From NCBI GenBank assembly GCA_002811645.1, contig PDIP01000001.1, positions 186,001 to 250,000 of the forward strand: a stretch of DNA of 64,000 bases. Reading direction: 5' to 3'. This document shows positions 1 through 9,282 of this stretch, piece after piece; positions within the stretch are counted from its first letter, which is position 1, and each line of letters starts with the position of its first letter. The translations under genes and the position numbers were made by a program. The notes under the pieces are model-generated. The model was given only the letters and a program-made list of their open reading frames with translations. It was not told the DNA's origin and made no database searches. The DNA is from Corallochytrium limacisporum Hawaii (Eukaryota > Protista > Pluriformea).

Positions 1-201
1 GCCATTGGTAGACGGGTGCGAGTACCCAAAAACCAGGGAGAGGACCCATTCGTCGGCTCCATCTAGCTTGTGTGTCCGTGCTCCACACCCCAGGTACAAA
101 CGAAGATAACATGCCGGAATTATGCCACTGAATTGGCGTCATAGCGGTGCAACTCACGAGCAGTTCACAGAGGAAGGAATTTCGATCTCAGACTTTCAGT
201 C

Positions 202-1662
202 ATGGGCGTGATCAGGCTTTTACTACTCATTTTTCTTGTGTGCTTTTCCGTCTTCGTCGCACTCTATTGGGGTTTTATTGCTTATATCGGAGCCGGATAT
301 ACTGCAAAGGTTGGATGTAGCGGATACTTTGTTGGCAAGAGACCATACGATCACATCCGTGCAAACGAGTTCCGAGTTTTAGGAGTCCACAGTGTTGACG
401 TCATTGATGACATCGCAAAAACTTTCACATCGACAAGCTTTTGGGGATTGGGTAAAACTCGCACTGCAAGATATGTGAATGAGTACTACGGTTGTACTCT
501 TGGTGACGAAGAGTTGGTCCAGAAACTGCGGGCTGTTCCGGTACCCCCCACTGATCCTAAGTACGATGAAATTGAATGGCCAGCCGGAAACAAGGTTACA
601 CCAAACAGTGATCCCAAGTATGAAGCACTTCGCCAGGTTTTAAGAAAGTGGACAGAGCACGACGAAGAAGGTCTCTTCCACCACTCCACCCGTGCCGTGG
701 TGGTCGTACACAAAGGCAAGATTGTTGCAGAGTCGTACCAAAAGGACATTACTCCCCAGACCCGTTTGATTGGATGGAGCATGACCAAGAGCTTGCTTCA
801 GTTGATGGTAGGTAATTCCATTTTACAGGGCAAATTGAGCCTTGACGATCCCAGCTTTTCTTCCCCTCGCAAGGCCCATATGGGCGATGGCAAAGATCTC
901 AATGTGAAGATACGTCATCTGCTCAATCATCATTCCGGCTTCAACTATGACGAAGGAATACTTCCGTGGGGCGATACTGCTGTGATGCTCTTTGGTCAGG
1001 ACGACGTGGGTCATTTCTGTAGCCGTGTTGCTGGATTCCGTCCCCCGAAAGCCGATGTTACCAAGCGCTTCGCATACTCGTCTTGTAGCACTAATGTGGT
1101 TAGCGTCGATATTCGCCGCGGCCTACAGGAAGAGTATGGCAAGGAACAAGGTGATCAGGCCTACTGGCTGTGGCCATTCACATTTCTGCGGAGTTTGGGT
1201 ATGGACTCTGCCGTGGTTGAAATGGATCAGGCCGGAAATTTTGCTGGGAGTGGCTTCTCCTTTGCCACCCCTCGCGACTACGCAAAGATGGGTTATTTAA
1301 TGGCGAAGAATGGAATCAGTCCTCGCACTGAAGAACGCATCATTCCCGAGGACTGGGTCGAGTATAGCACCACAGATGCCGGTGACCCTGATTTTTTGGG
1401 CCGCTACGGTGCCAGCTGGTGGAAGAAGACGTTCCAGGACAAATATGCGGATTGGGAGGAAAGCCGTGCCACCGAGTGGCAGAAGTCTGTCCCCGATGAT
1501 ACATTCTGGGCCGCCGGCTTCGAAGGCCAATTTACCTTTGTCAACAACAGGCTTGATCTCGTGGTTGTGCGCATGGGTAGCACTCTAATTATGCCTCTCG
1601 CTGATACTGGCAAGCTCTGGCAAGAGATACTTGAAGCGCTGGGCCCCGTATTGGAGGAGTAA
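202..1662 (+). CDS. Beta-lactamase/AmpC-family serine hydrolase with N-terminal membrane anchor (bacterial-type)
   Basis: 486-aa ORF. SxxK catalytic motif (WSMTKS), YSS motif (FAYSS), TRAVVVVHKGKIVAESY, ATPRDYAKMG, FWAAGFEGQ. Hydrophobic N-terminus. Confidence 0.9.
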   Translation: MGVIRLLLLIFLVCFSVFVALYWGFIAYIGAGYTAKVGCSGYFVGKRPYDHIRANEFRVLGVHSVDVIDDIAKTFTSTSFWGLGKTRTARYVNEYYGCTLGDEELVQKLRAVPVPPTDPKYDEIEWPAGNKVTPNSDPKYEALRQVLRKWTEHDEEGLFHHSTRAVVVVHKGKIVAESYQKDITPQTRLIGWSMTKSLLQLMVGNSILQGKLSLDDPSFSSPRKAHMGDGKDLNVKIRHLLNHHSGFNYDEGILPWGDTAVMLFGQDDVGHFCSRVAGFRPPKADVTKRFAYSSCSTNVVSVDIRRGLQEEYGKEQGDQAYWLWPFTFLRSLGMDSAVVEMDQAGNFAGSGFSFATPRDYAKMGYLMAKNGISPRTEERIIPEDWVEYSTTDAGDPDFLGRYGASWWKKTFQDKYADWEESRATEWQKSVPDDTFWAAGFEGQFTFVNNRLDLVVVRMGSTLIMPLADTGKLWQEILEALGPVLEE

Positions 1663-1912
1663 ATGAGAGACCCCCTTCCCCCCCTCCCCCTGAGTGGGGA
1701 TTTGGGCGCCAAATGTTTGAGCTGGGGATGTGTCTCACCAACTCCAGTCATAGTGTCGGTGTTTTGTCAGTGAAGCATTAAAGCAACCTACTTTGGAATA
1801 CATTGTTCTTCGCCTGATGTAATGGAAAACATAAGCTCCCTCGGAACTGGATACGAATGAGGCATCAGCCTGCATACGATGACCGCAATGTATATACTAT
1901 GGTCCCGCGGTC

Positions 1913-4882
1913 ATGACGATAATTTGGAATCGTCTTCCCTTGCTCTCCCGGGCAAAGACGATTGAAGTGATACGAGTCCACCAGATAAGCACTTTGAGGC
2001 CTTATCAAGAGAATGCAGTCCGAGAGTGTTTGAAATATCTACGGGATAGACAAACTAAAATCAAAAATGGACGCAGTCAAGACAGAGTGGCCAGCGATCC
2101 GGCACCGCGCGGACTTATATCCATGCCGACGGGTACGGGGAAGACAGTGGTAATAAGTCATGTGATCAAACGCCTTGTTGAAAGAGAAATTGATACAAGA
2201 GTATTGATCATGGTACACAGGAAAGAATTACTCGAGCAGATGGCCTCGGCAATCAAGCTTGTACTTCCTATGCATGCCCCATTTCTGATTTCCGGCGGGA
2301 CATTGGGTTCTTCGAAGAAAGCTCATAGTGTGATGATGGAAGGCATACGTACAAGCCCAGTTACTGTTGCGATGGTTGCAACAATCAGTCAATCAAAAAG
2401 ACTCAGAACCATTGATCCTGATCACTTTAGCCACATCATCATTGACGAGGCCCACCATGCGGTTGCAACGACCTATGTGAGGGTAATTTCTCACATAAGA
2501 AATGCTGGTCTCTTGGGTTTCACGGCAACGCCGTTTCGTGGCGATGTGAACTCTCAAAGTGTACCGAAGCGACCGCTTTTGCCCTTAGCGCAAACGGAGA
2601 ACCTCATACCGGAATCATCGGGGCTTGAAGGCGTTTTCCGAGACATGGTCTTCAAATATGACATTCGGGCTGCTGTGCGAGAGGGTTGGTTGGTGAAGCC
2701 ACAGCTGCTGATGCTACACTGTCTGAACATTGAAGAGAATGTCAAGGTCGTCCAAAAGACGCCCACTATGAACAACAAGACTTCTGGAGACTATCAACTG
2801 GCGGCTTTGAGTGAGTTTATGATTGAATCTACCAACATTCTGATTGTGGCTCGAGGCATTCTAGAGCATCTATCCGACAAACAAGCAGTGATTTTCACTG
2901 TAAGTAAACAGCATGCGCATGATCTTGCTCAAATTCTAACTCATCAGAGCGGATATCTCTTCAGCAAAACCATTGCAACAGCTGTTGTAGACTCAGATAC
3001 ACCTCTTGGAGAACGCCAGGCTCTCGTTCACAAGTTCAGGGACAAAAGACTTCAGTTTCTAATCAATTGCAATATCCTCACGGAAGGGTTTGATGCGCCC
3101 AATGTTGAGGCTATAGCTATAGCGAGGCCCACCAGAAGTGCTGTACTGTACACCCAAATGGTAGGGCGTGCTTTGCGCCCATCAAGTTGCGCTGTGCCCC
3201 ACCTGACTGGAACACTTGGGTCTGATCCTGCAACTATGCTTGCGGAAGCTGAGCGAAGACGGCAAGCTCTGTCCTCGAGTGCAAAGCCAGAGGCCTTAGT
3301 AGTAGACTTCACAGGATCGACTGTGCGTCACACTCTGGTGCAGAGCACCGAGCTCTACGACGAAGACGCAATGGACTTTAAAGAAGATCCGTTCTATAGA
3401 GATGTCGTCTCCGACCAAGTTGAGGTGGACGGTACGCGCTGGGATGTTCAGGATATACGATTTGGTGTGAACGATGATAAAATCGCTTTTGATGACTTGA
3501 AACTTTCTCGGGACAGGACGAGGACCAAACAACGGGAGACGTGTTCGTTTTCTGACGTGGAAGTTCAGCACTTTGCAGCTGCAGAAGCACACATTGACCC
3601 AAATACTGTGATTGGCATTCAGGGACTGGGCGATGTAGACGTTGCTTTTGCGGCTGTCCAAGTTGATGCTTTCGATCACACGGCAGATGGTCTGGATCTT
3701 CCTCGCAGTGAAACAGGCGACAGTAGCATTAGTCGCGAGGAGGCGAAGGAGAAGTTACAGATCAGAGAACCTATTCTAAATCGCTTGGGCACATTTCTTG
3801 CGATGGAGCGTCCTTCCCCAACTATGGGCTTGCTCGGGGCCGGTCAGGTTGGGGACGAAATCAGCGTAGAGCAAGTTCGCGAGTTGGAAAGGTTTGGAAT
3901 CGAGGAACAGCAAGTTGACGGCAGTGCAACCTTAGCAAGGGCCGTTCTCGGGTACCTGAATTCGCACCCTGCCCCAACCGTCTCAGACTGTACCCGAATT
4001 GCCAAGGAATTTGACATCGGCCTAAACTCTGACGTAGTCAAGGGAATCAGAACAACCTTAACCTCCAGTCAAGTGAAGGAACTTCTCCGCTACAAGCGAG
4101 TTGGAGGAGGTGATGTCATCCTTGAGGACGCCATTCTCCATGTCGTACGTTCTGACTTGAACTTGGAATCAACACTTGAAGAGCATAATTTCCAATCTAT
4201 GAGCGCCCAGGACATCTTGAGCAGGGTAAGTGAGACGAAAGGCCTCCGCCTTGGCGGGCGCGATCTGCCAGGAAGCAGTATCCGAAAGAGTGCTGAAGGA
4301 TCCTTACGAGCCATGCAGGTCAAGCAATTGAATCCTGGTAAGGAAACTTTCAACGGCCATCCAGATGGAGCAACAGTCGGCCAGATCGACGTCCTTCGAC
4401 GTTGCGGCTATACCGAAGATGATTTGGAGATTATCGCGAGAAGTCTTGACAAGGATCCTATCCATAAGATCACACGACGCATAGTTCTGAGGAATAAGCG
4501 GTTCAGATTTCGGGGACACAGAAAGGTTGTGACATTGAAAAAAATTGAAGATTCACTCAAAGACGCGGCCAAGAAGCGGATAGGGGATCGTGCGCGGAGC
4601 AGTAAGCTGTTGAGACCAGATGGTCCTGGTGGAGACGAACGAAGCGCTGTTGAATTCATGAGGGCAGCACTGGACGTTGGAGCCTTAGCAGAACTGTCAG
4701 ACTGTCGCTCGAGTACAGCGAGGGAGCAGAGAAGGGCACTCACGGTCAAATTTGAACGGCAACTGACACCAGATCTTCTTGATCAGCTCAGCATTTCTCG
4801 ATTGATTTGTACTCTTCACGCTCTGCTACGTTCACATAATGCCGCAATTTCACCACTGCAGTCCTCAGCTGAAATTTCCTAA
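1913..4882 (+). CDS. SF2 DEAD/DEAH-box DNA helicase (Irc3-like / phage-type), probably mitochondrial
   Basis: 989-aa ORF. Q motif LRPYQ, Walker A PTGTGKT, DEAH, GFTAT, LTEGFD, motif VI QMVGRALR. Arg-containing N-terminus resembles a presequence. Confidence 0.88.
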   Translation: MTIIWNRLPLLSRAKTIEVIRVHQISTLRPYQENAVRECLKYLRDRQTKIKNGRSQDRVASDPAPRGLISMPTGTGKTVVISHVIKRLVEREIDTRVLIMVHRKELLEQMASAIKLVLPMHAPFLISGGTLGSSKKAHSVMMEGIRTSPVTVAMVATISQSKRLRTIDPDHFSHIIIDEAHHAVATTYVRVISHIRNAGLLGFTATPFRGDVNSQSVPKRPLLPLAQTENLIPESSGLEGVFRDMVFKYDIRAAVREGWLVKPQLLMLHCLNIEENVKVVQKTPTMNNKTSGDYQLAALSEFMIESTNILIVARGILEHLSDKQAVIFTVSKQHAHDLAQILTHQSGYLFSKTIATAVVDSDTPLGERQALVHKFRDKRLQFLINCNILTEGFDAPNVEAIAIARPTRSAVLYTQMVGRALRPSSCAVPHLTGTLGSDPATMLAEAERRRQALSSSAKPEALVVDFTGSTVRHTLVQSTELYDEDAMDFKEDPFYRDVVSDQVEVDGTRWDVQDIRFGVNDDKIAFDDLKLSRDRTRTKQRETCSFSDVEVQHFAAAEAHIDPNTVIGIQGLGDVDVAFAAVQVDAFDHTADGLDLPRSETGDSSISREEAKEKLQIREPILNRLGTFLAMERPSPTMGLLGAGQVGDEISVEQVRELERFGIEEQQVDGSATLARAVLGYLNSHPAPTVSDCTRIAKEFDIGLNSDVVKGIRTTLTSSQVKELLRYKRVGGGDVILEDAILHVVRSDLNLESTLEEHNFQSMSAQDILSRVSETKGLRLGGRDLPGSSIRKSAEGSLRAMQVKQLNPGKETFNGHPDGATVGQIDVLRRCGYTEDDLEIIARSLDKDPIHKITRRIVLRNKRFRFRGHRKVVTLKKIEDSLKDAAKKRIGDRARSSKLLRPDGPGGDERSAVEFMRAALDVGALAELSDCRSSTAREQRRALTVKFERQLTPDLLDQLSISRLICTLHALLRSHNAAISPLQSSAEIS

Positions 4883-5130
4883 AGTGGAAATCAAGTAAAA
4901 ACCTACCTAATATGTACAATAGTCACGGTTAAGGTGGTCAAATATTGATTTGTTTGAGACCAGGCAGTTCCATGGTTGGTGGTAATGGATACTGCACGTT
5001 ACGAAGCGCACCAACAGCATCACCTTGAACTCTTATTCATAAATATTTTTTTATACACGTGTACGTTTGACAAAGAAAATAGTGAGATACGATCGGATTT
5101 TTGATAATAGACGCAGGAGTAGAACAGCCT

Positions 5131-6654
5131 CTAGGGTGTGTGGATGTAGCCTTCGCGTGTGATGAGATCGACCCATTGGCGACGTCTCTCATCGTCCTCG
5201 CCCTGTACCCGGGCTGTGAACAAGCGACGACGAATTGTGTTCAGATGCTGGGCCAGGTAGTCCTCAGTGCCGTGAGAGAAATTGCAAGTAATGAACCTCT
5301 TGCAGCTATCCACGAGACAGTCTTGAACTTTGAGGCAGCAGCCCCACCGGCCTTGATAAAAGAGGCAGTACAGGTCCTCACCATCATGAAGAAAAGTGCA
5401 GTCATCACCACGAGTGCAAAATCCATCTACCCAAAAGTTCTTGCAAGGCCTCACGGCAGCCTTAGAGATCTTTGTGAGCTCCTTGACCCGGTACTGCTTG
5501 CGCTGCAATCGCCGACGCACTACACTGGGACTTGGGAACATGCATCCGTCTGGGCCGACAGTGTCTGCGTAAGGGGTCTGATTGGTAGAGTGGGTCTCCG
5601 GGGGCGCAGCAGCCGGCGCTGCAGGGGCAGGTTGAGACTCCACAGGAGTTGGCTTCGGAGAAGTCGCAGGTGCAGGGACAGGGGCAGGGGCGCTCTGGGG
5701 CGGATAGTATGACTGATCCTGACCATTGTACGAGCCTTGCCTTTGTTGCTGCGATGCGACCGCAGATGGGTACGAGGCTTGTTGCCGCTGTTCTGTCACA
5801 GTGCCCGCAGCAGGAGCTGTAGTTGGGCGCATGGGGGACTGCATCGTGTCAGATCCAGACGAGGGCATCAAGAACTCCTGTACTTGGTTTTGACCGTGGT
5901 TCTGAAGTGCTTGATGGTAGGCAGTCCCGGACTGCGGATGGTGGTGGTGGTGATGGTGCTGTTGTGAGAGGTGGAAGCTATTGGGTGGCGTCGGTGAGCG
6001 CTGGGGACTATTAGGAATAGACTCCGGGTTAGACATCATAAGCGTGGAGCCAGCAGAGGACGCAGTTGGACTTCCCGCTTGGTATCTGAATCCACCAGTA
6101 GGGGGCCCGAACAGGTAGTTTCCCATCCTGAGTGAGGGATCATTGGTATGGGTCTGCAGTGGAGTTTCACGCATTGCTTCTACGGCAATCTTCAAAGCAC
6201 GGACAGCTTCCAGAATCAAACGTCGCTTTTGATCAATGGAGACTCCTTCACCCTGACGGCCATGACGACTTAGCAGCAGATCCACATCTGACTTCAAATG
6301 GAAAACGAGAGCCGTAGAGTCAATCCCCTTGCTACTCTTAGGTTCATTACTGAACCAGCTGTCATACATATTTTGTTTCCCTAATAACATGTCGTTCATC
6401 TGCCCCACCACGCTCTTACGAAAATCAACTAATGCAAACTGTGTTCTTCCGACAATAAGATCATGAAGATAAGAGGCCACGCCAACAAGCACAAATGGCT
6501 TTTGGCAGCGCCGTCCTAATGTTCCGTGAACATATTTCAAATCTGTGAGAGGCTCAACCACCTGCAATGCCCATTGAACTGCATTGTCCCCATTGCTAGC
6601 AGGTGGTGGCTCTGCGCCAGGTCCGGAGCGGGCCATGCTAGAGGCCTGCACCAT
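5131..6654 (-). CDS. CCCH zinc-finger (RNA-binding) protein with His/Gln/Pro-rich disordered linker
   Basis: 507-aa ORF from ATG in GCCATGG context. Canonical C-x8-C-x5-C-x3-H finger (CKNFWVDGFCTRGDDCTFLH), a second Cys-rich segment ending CNFSH, and a poly-His tract. Confidence 0.8.
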   Translation of the reverse strand: MVQASSMARSGPGAEPPPASNGDNAVQWALQVVEPLTDLKYVHGTLGRRCQKPFVLVGVASYLHDLIVGRTQFALVDFRKSVVGQMNDMLLGKQNMYDSWFSNEPKSSKGIDSTALVFHLKSDVDLLLSRHGRQGEGVSIDQKRRLILEAVRALKIAVEAMRETPLQTHTNDPSLRMGNYLFGPPTGGFRYQAGSPTASSAGSTLMMSNPESIPNSPQRSPTPPNSFHLSQQHHHHHHHPQSGTAYHQALQNHGQNQVQEFLMPSSGSDTMQSPMRPTTAPAAGTVTEQRQQASYPSAVASQQQRQGSYNGQDQSYYPPQSAPAPVPAPATSPKPTPVESQPAPAAPAAAPPETHSTNQTPYADTVGPDGCMFPSPSVVRRRLQRKQYRVKELTKISKAAVRPCKNFWVDGFCTRGDDCTFLHDGEDLYCLFYQGRWGCCLKVQDCLVDSCKRFITCNFSHGTEDYLAQHLNTIRRRLFTARVQGEDDERRRQWVDLITREGYIHTP

Positions 6655-9282
6655 GGCAGGAATTCAATTGTTTTTTATATTAACTAATGCACTTCTTCCA
6701 TATAGGATAATCCTTTAGTTCTTCGGACAACTTGAGGCTCATTCCCGAGGTACACAGAGCTGTGGGAACTATCACCCACTATGAAAGTCTCAATATGTCC
6801 AAGTTTATGTTGTGAAACACTTGTGCGTGAGACCATACGATTACAATCCTTTCTTGGACGCCTGTACCCCGTAAATACCACTGCTTACGCGTACGCAAGT
6901 TTTTGCGAACCCAAGACCATGCGAATCTTCCTGAAAGCATCCCAGTGACGTCCACAAGCCAATACCAGAACAACAACACCCTTCGCCAAACCCCGATCAT
7001 CCCACTTCCGGAACTAAACCTCCCTACCAAGCTGTTCCATCCTTTGCCAGCACACACACGGGTTCAGCACACACTCCAACAGTAGGGGCACGGAAGTATG
7101 GGAAATGCGGAGGGTGGGACCGGTGGATTGGTAGAGAACCCCGCCGTCTCCCGAAACCCCCCCCCCTTTTAGTTGCCCACGGGGTACGTACGAGACGTGT
7201 ACCAGAGCAGGTAGCGGGGCATCCCGGGGTGGTGGACCTGTTACTCACACACACACCCTTCTCCCGTCCCTCTCTTCCCGGTGCCCTCCCCCCCCCCAGC
7301 GGGGGGTCCTCCCGCACCCCACAAAGAGGGATCTCACCGTCTCCGCTTTCTACTCTCTCTGGTGTGGAGTGGTAGGCACTTGCCATTTGGGCTGAGTGGC
7401 CATTTCCATATTATTGTTCGAGTGTTGTCCCCCGAGGTGTGCTTTTCAGTTCTTTCACTAGGTATCGTTGCATACCCTTGATCACCTGCAGGTTTTACTT
7501 TGTTTTGGAATGTGGTTTGTTGCAGGGAAGTGGTAGTACGGTGTGTCAGCCATGGCGGAGAAATTGAAGGGGAAGAAATAAGGGAGAAGGACTGACTGCG
7601 GGGTGCAAGGTTTGACACGAAGACACACCGAGCGGTCAGTCCGTTAGTATGAGTCGTGCACTGGTGACGCGGCTTACGCAGGCATTTTAAAGATTTGTTC
7701 CCGTAGGCATGCTGAGTATATGTATATGTTTTGGCAGTTCCGGACCTTCCTTCGTCCCCTCCGGGGAAAGCGTGAGGAGGAAGGGTGGGGAAATTTAGAG
7801 AGAAAATGGACAGAGGTGTGATTGAGAGCAGTCTCGGGCCATCCACTTTCCGGTCCATCTGCTTCTGATACACAGTGGCAGTGACTTGAAAGTGTACGAG
7901 GCCCCTTGTCAGCCATACCAGTCAGAGCAGCCGCGGTGGTGTCGTGAGACGACAACGAAGGACAGCCAACCGACCCTGTCCGCAATTCCCGTTCTCGAAC
8001 AATGGGAAGACAATTTAAAGTGTCAGCACCATTGCAGGGTCGCAGGTGTAAAAAAAAGGTAAAAAAAAAAAACAGGCTTCCCGCCACGAAGATGTCAATC
8101 ATGTCCGTTCGATGATGATGAGGGAGAAGTATTTTTTGACCGAGTGCGGTAGGGCCCAGCGATGATGAATAGACACCCTGAGAGTGAAGTGGACTGCAAG
8201 TATCGTTGGCCCGGATTCCTTTTCCCATCGGTGGCTGTCCTCCCCCCCCTTATCCTCCCCTGTCACCCAATTATTCTCGCTCGGGGCGCTCTCCTCTTGG
8301 GCTTTCCCATTATTGCCCAGCGCCCACCGCCCCCTGAAAATGTTGCGCTCCAAATCACGCACGTAAACCGGTTTCATCAGCAACAAATGATACCTCCTCC
8401 CCACCCGCACCTCCGGAAGGATAACCCCGTTAGGGATATAGGGAGGAAAACAAGAGAAGAACGGGGCCGGGAGAGCCGCACAGTCAAGTAGCCGCCATTC
8501 GGGAGAAAAGGAGAACGGGATTGGTTTGGAACATTTTTTTTTCTTCTGGTAACACACACGACGGCTGCTGCTGTGCTTATGATATGCCTTTGTGGGGCAA
8601 TCCGTAGTAAATATTAGACTCCCCTTTTTCTGTCATATGCAGGGCATTCGCCGTCGGCTCTACGTTGCGCTTTTTGTTAGCGAATCGACACATTTGTGTG
8701 TGTGTGTCCGTGAGGGGCGTGTGTGTGTGTGTGTGTGTGTTTCCGTGTTCATTTTGCATTGCTGTATATATATTGTATGGGTAGGAGACTGTCAGCCATT
8801 TATGTTGGGGTTGTATATGAGTGGGGGTGGGGGCCCTTTTCCTCGTCCTGAGCTTGGCGCACACTGTCGATAAAATTGACCGTGGCAGGATGTTTGATGA
8901 TATTGATAGATAAACGAGGTATGTAATTGATTATATTATTGATTTTACGACCGGATACTCGGTAGGGGCAGGGGCGGTGGGGGAGGTCCGCCGGGAAAAA
9001 AACTGTAGTTGTGTCCCCTCTTCAACCTGCGCAGTGTGGAGGGCGAAAAGCGCGCCAAACCATCTGTGCCGTCCCCTTGGACGGCACAGGGTCATAGGAG
9101 CCCGCTTAGTTGGAAGCAGTGGTAATTTTACCTGGCGTGTTGGGTTAACTGCAGCTCAGTTTGAAAATTATTTACGGTACTTCAAGTGCTAACATCTGGA
9201 GAAGCCGAAGGAGCAAGCCACCCAGTGTACTGTTCACAATAGGAGCCATGGATCAAAGGCAGGGTGCGAACTGTCCGTGAAA

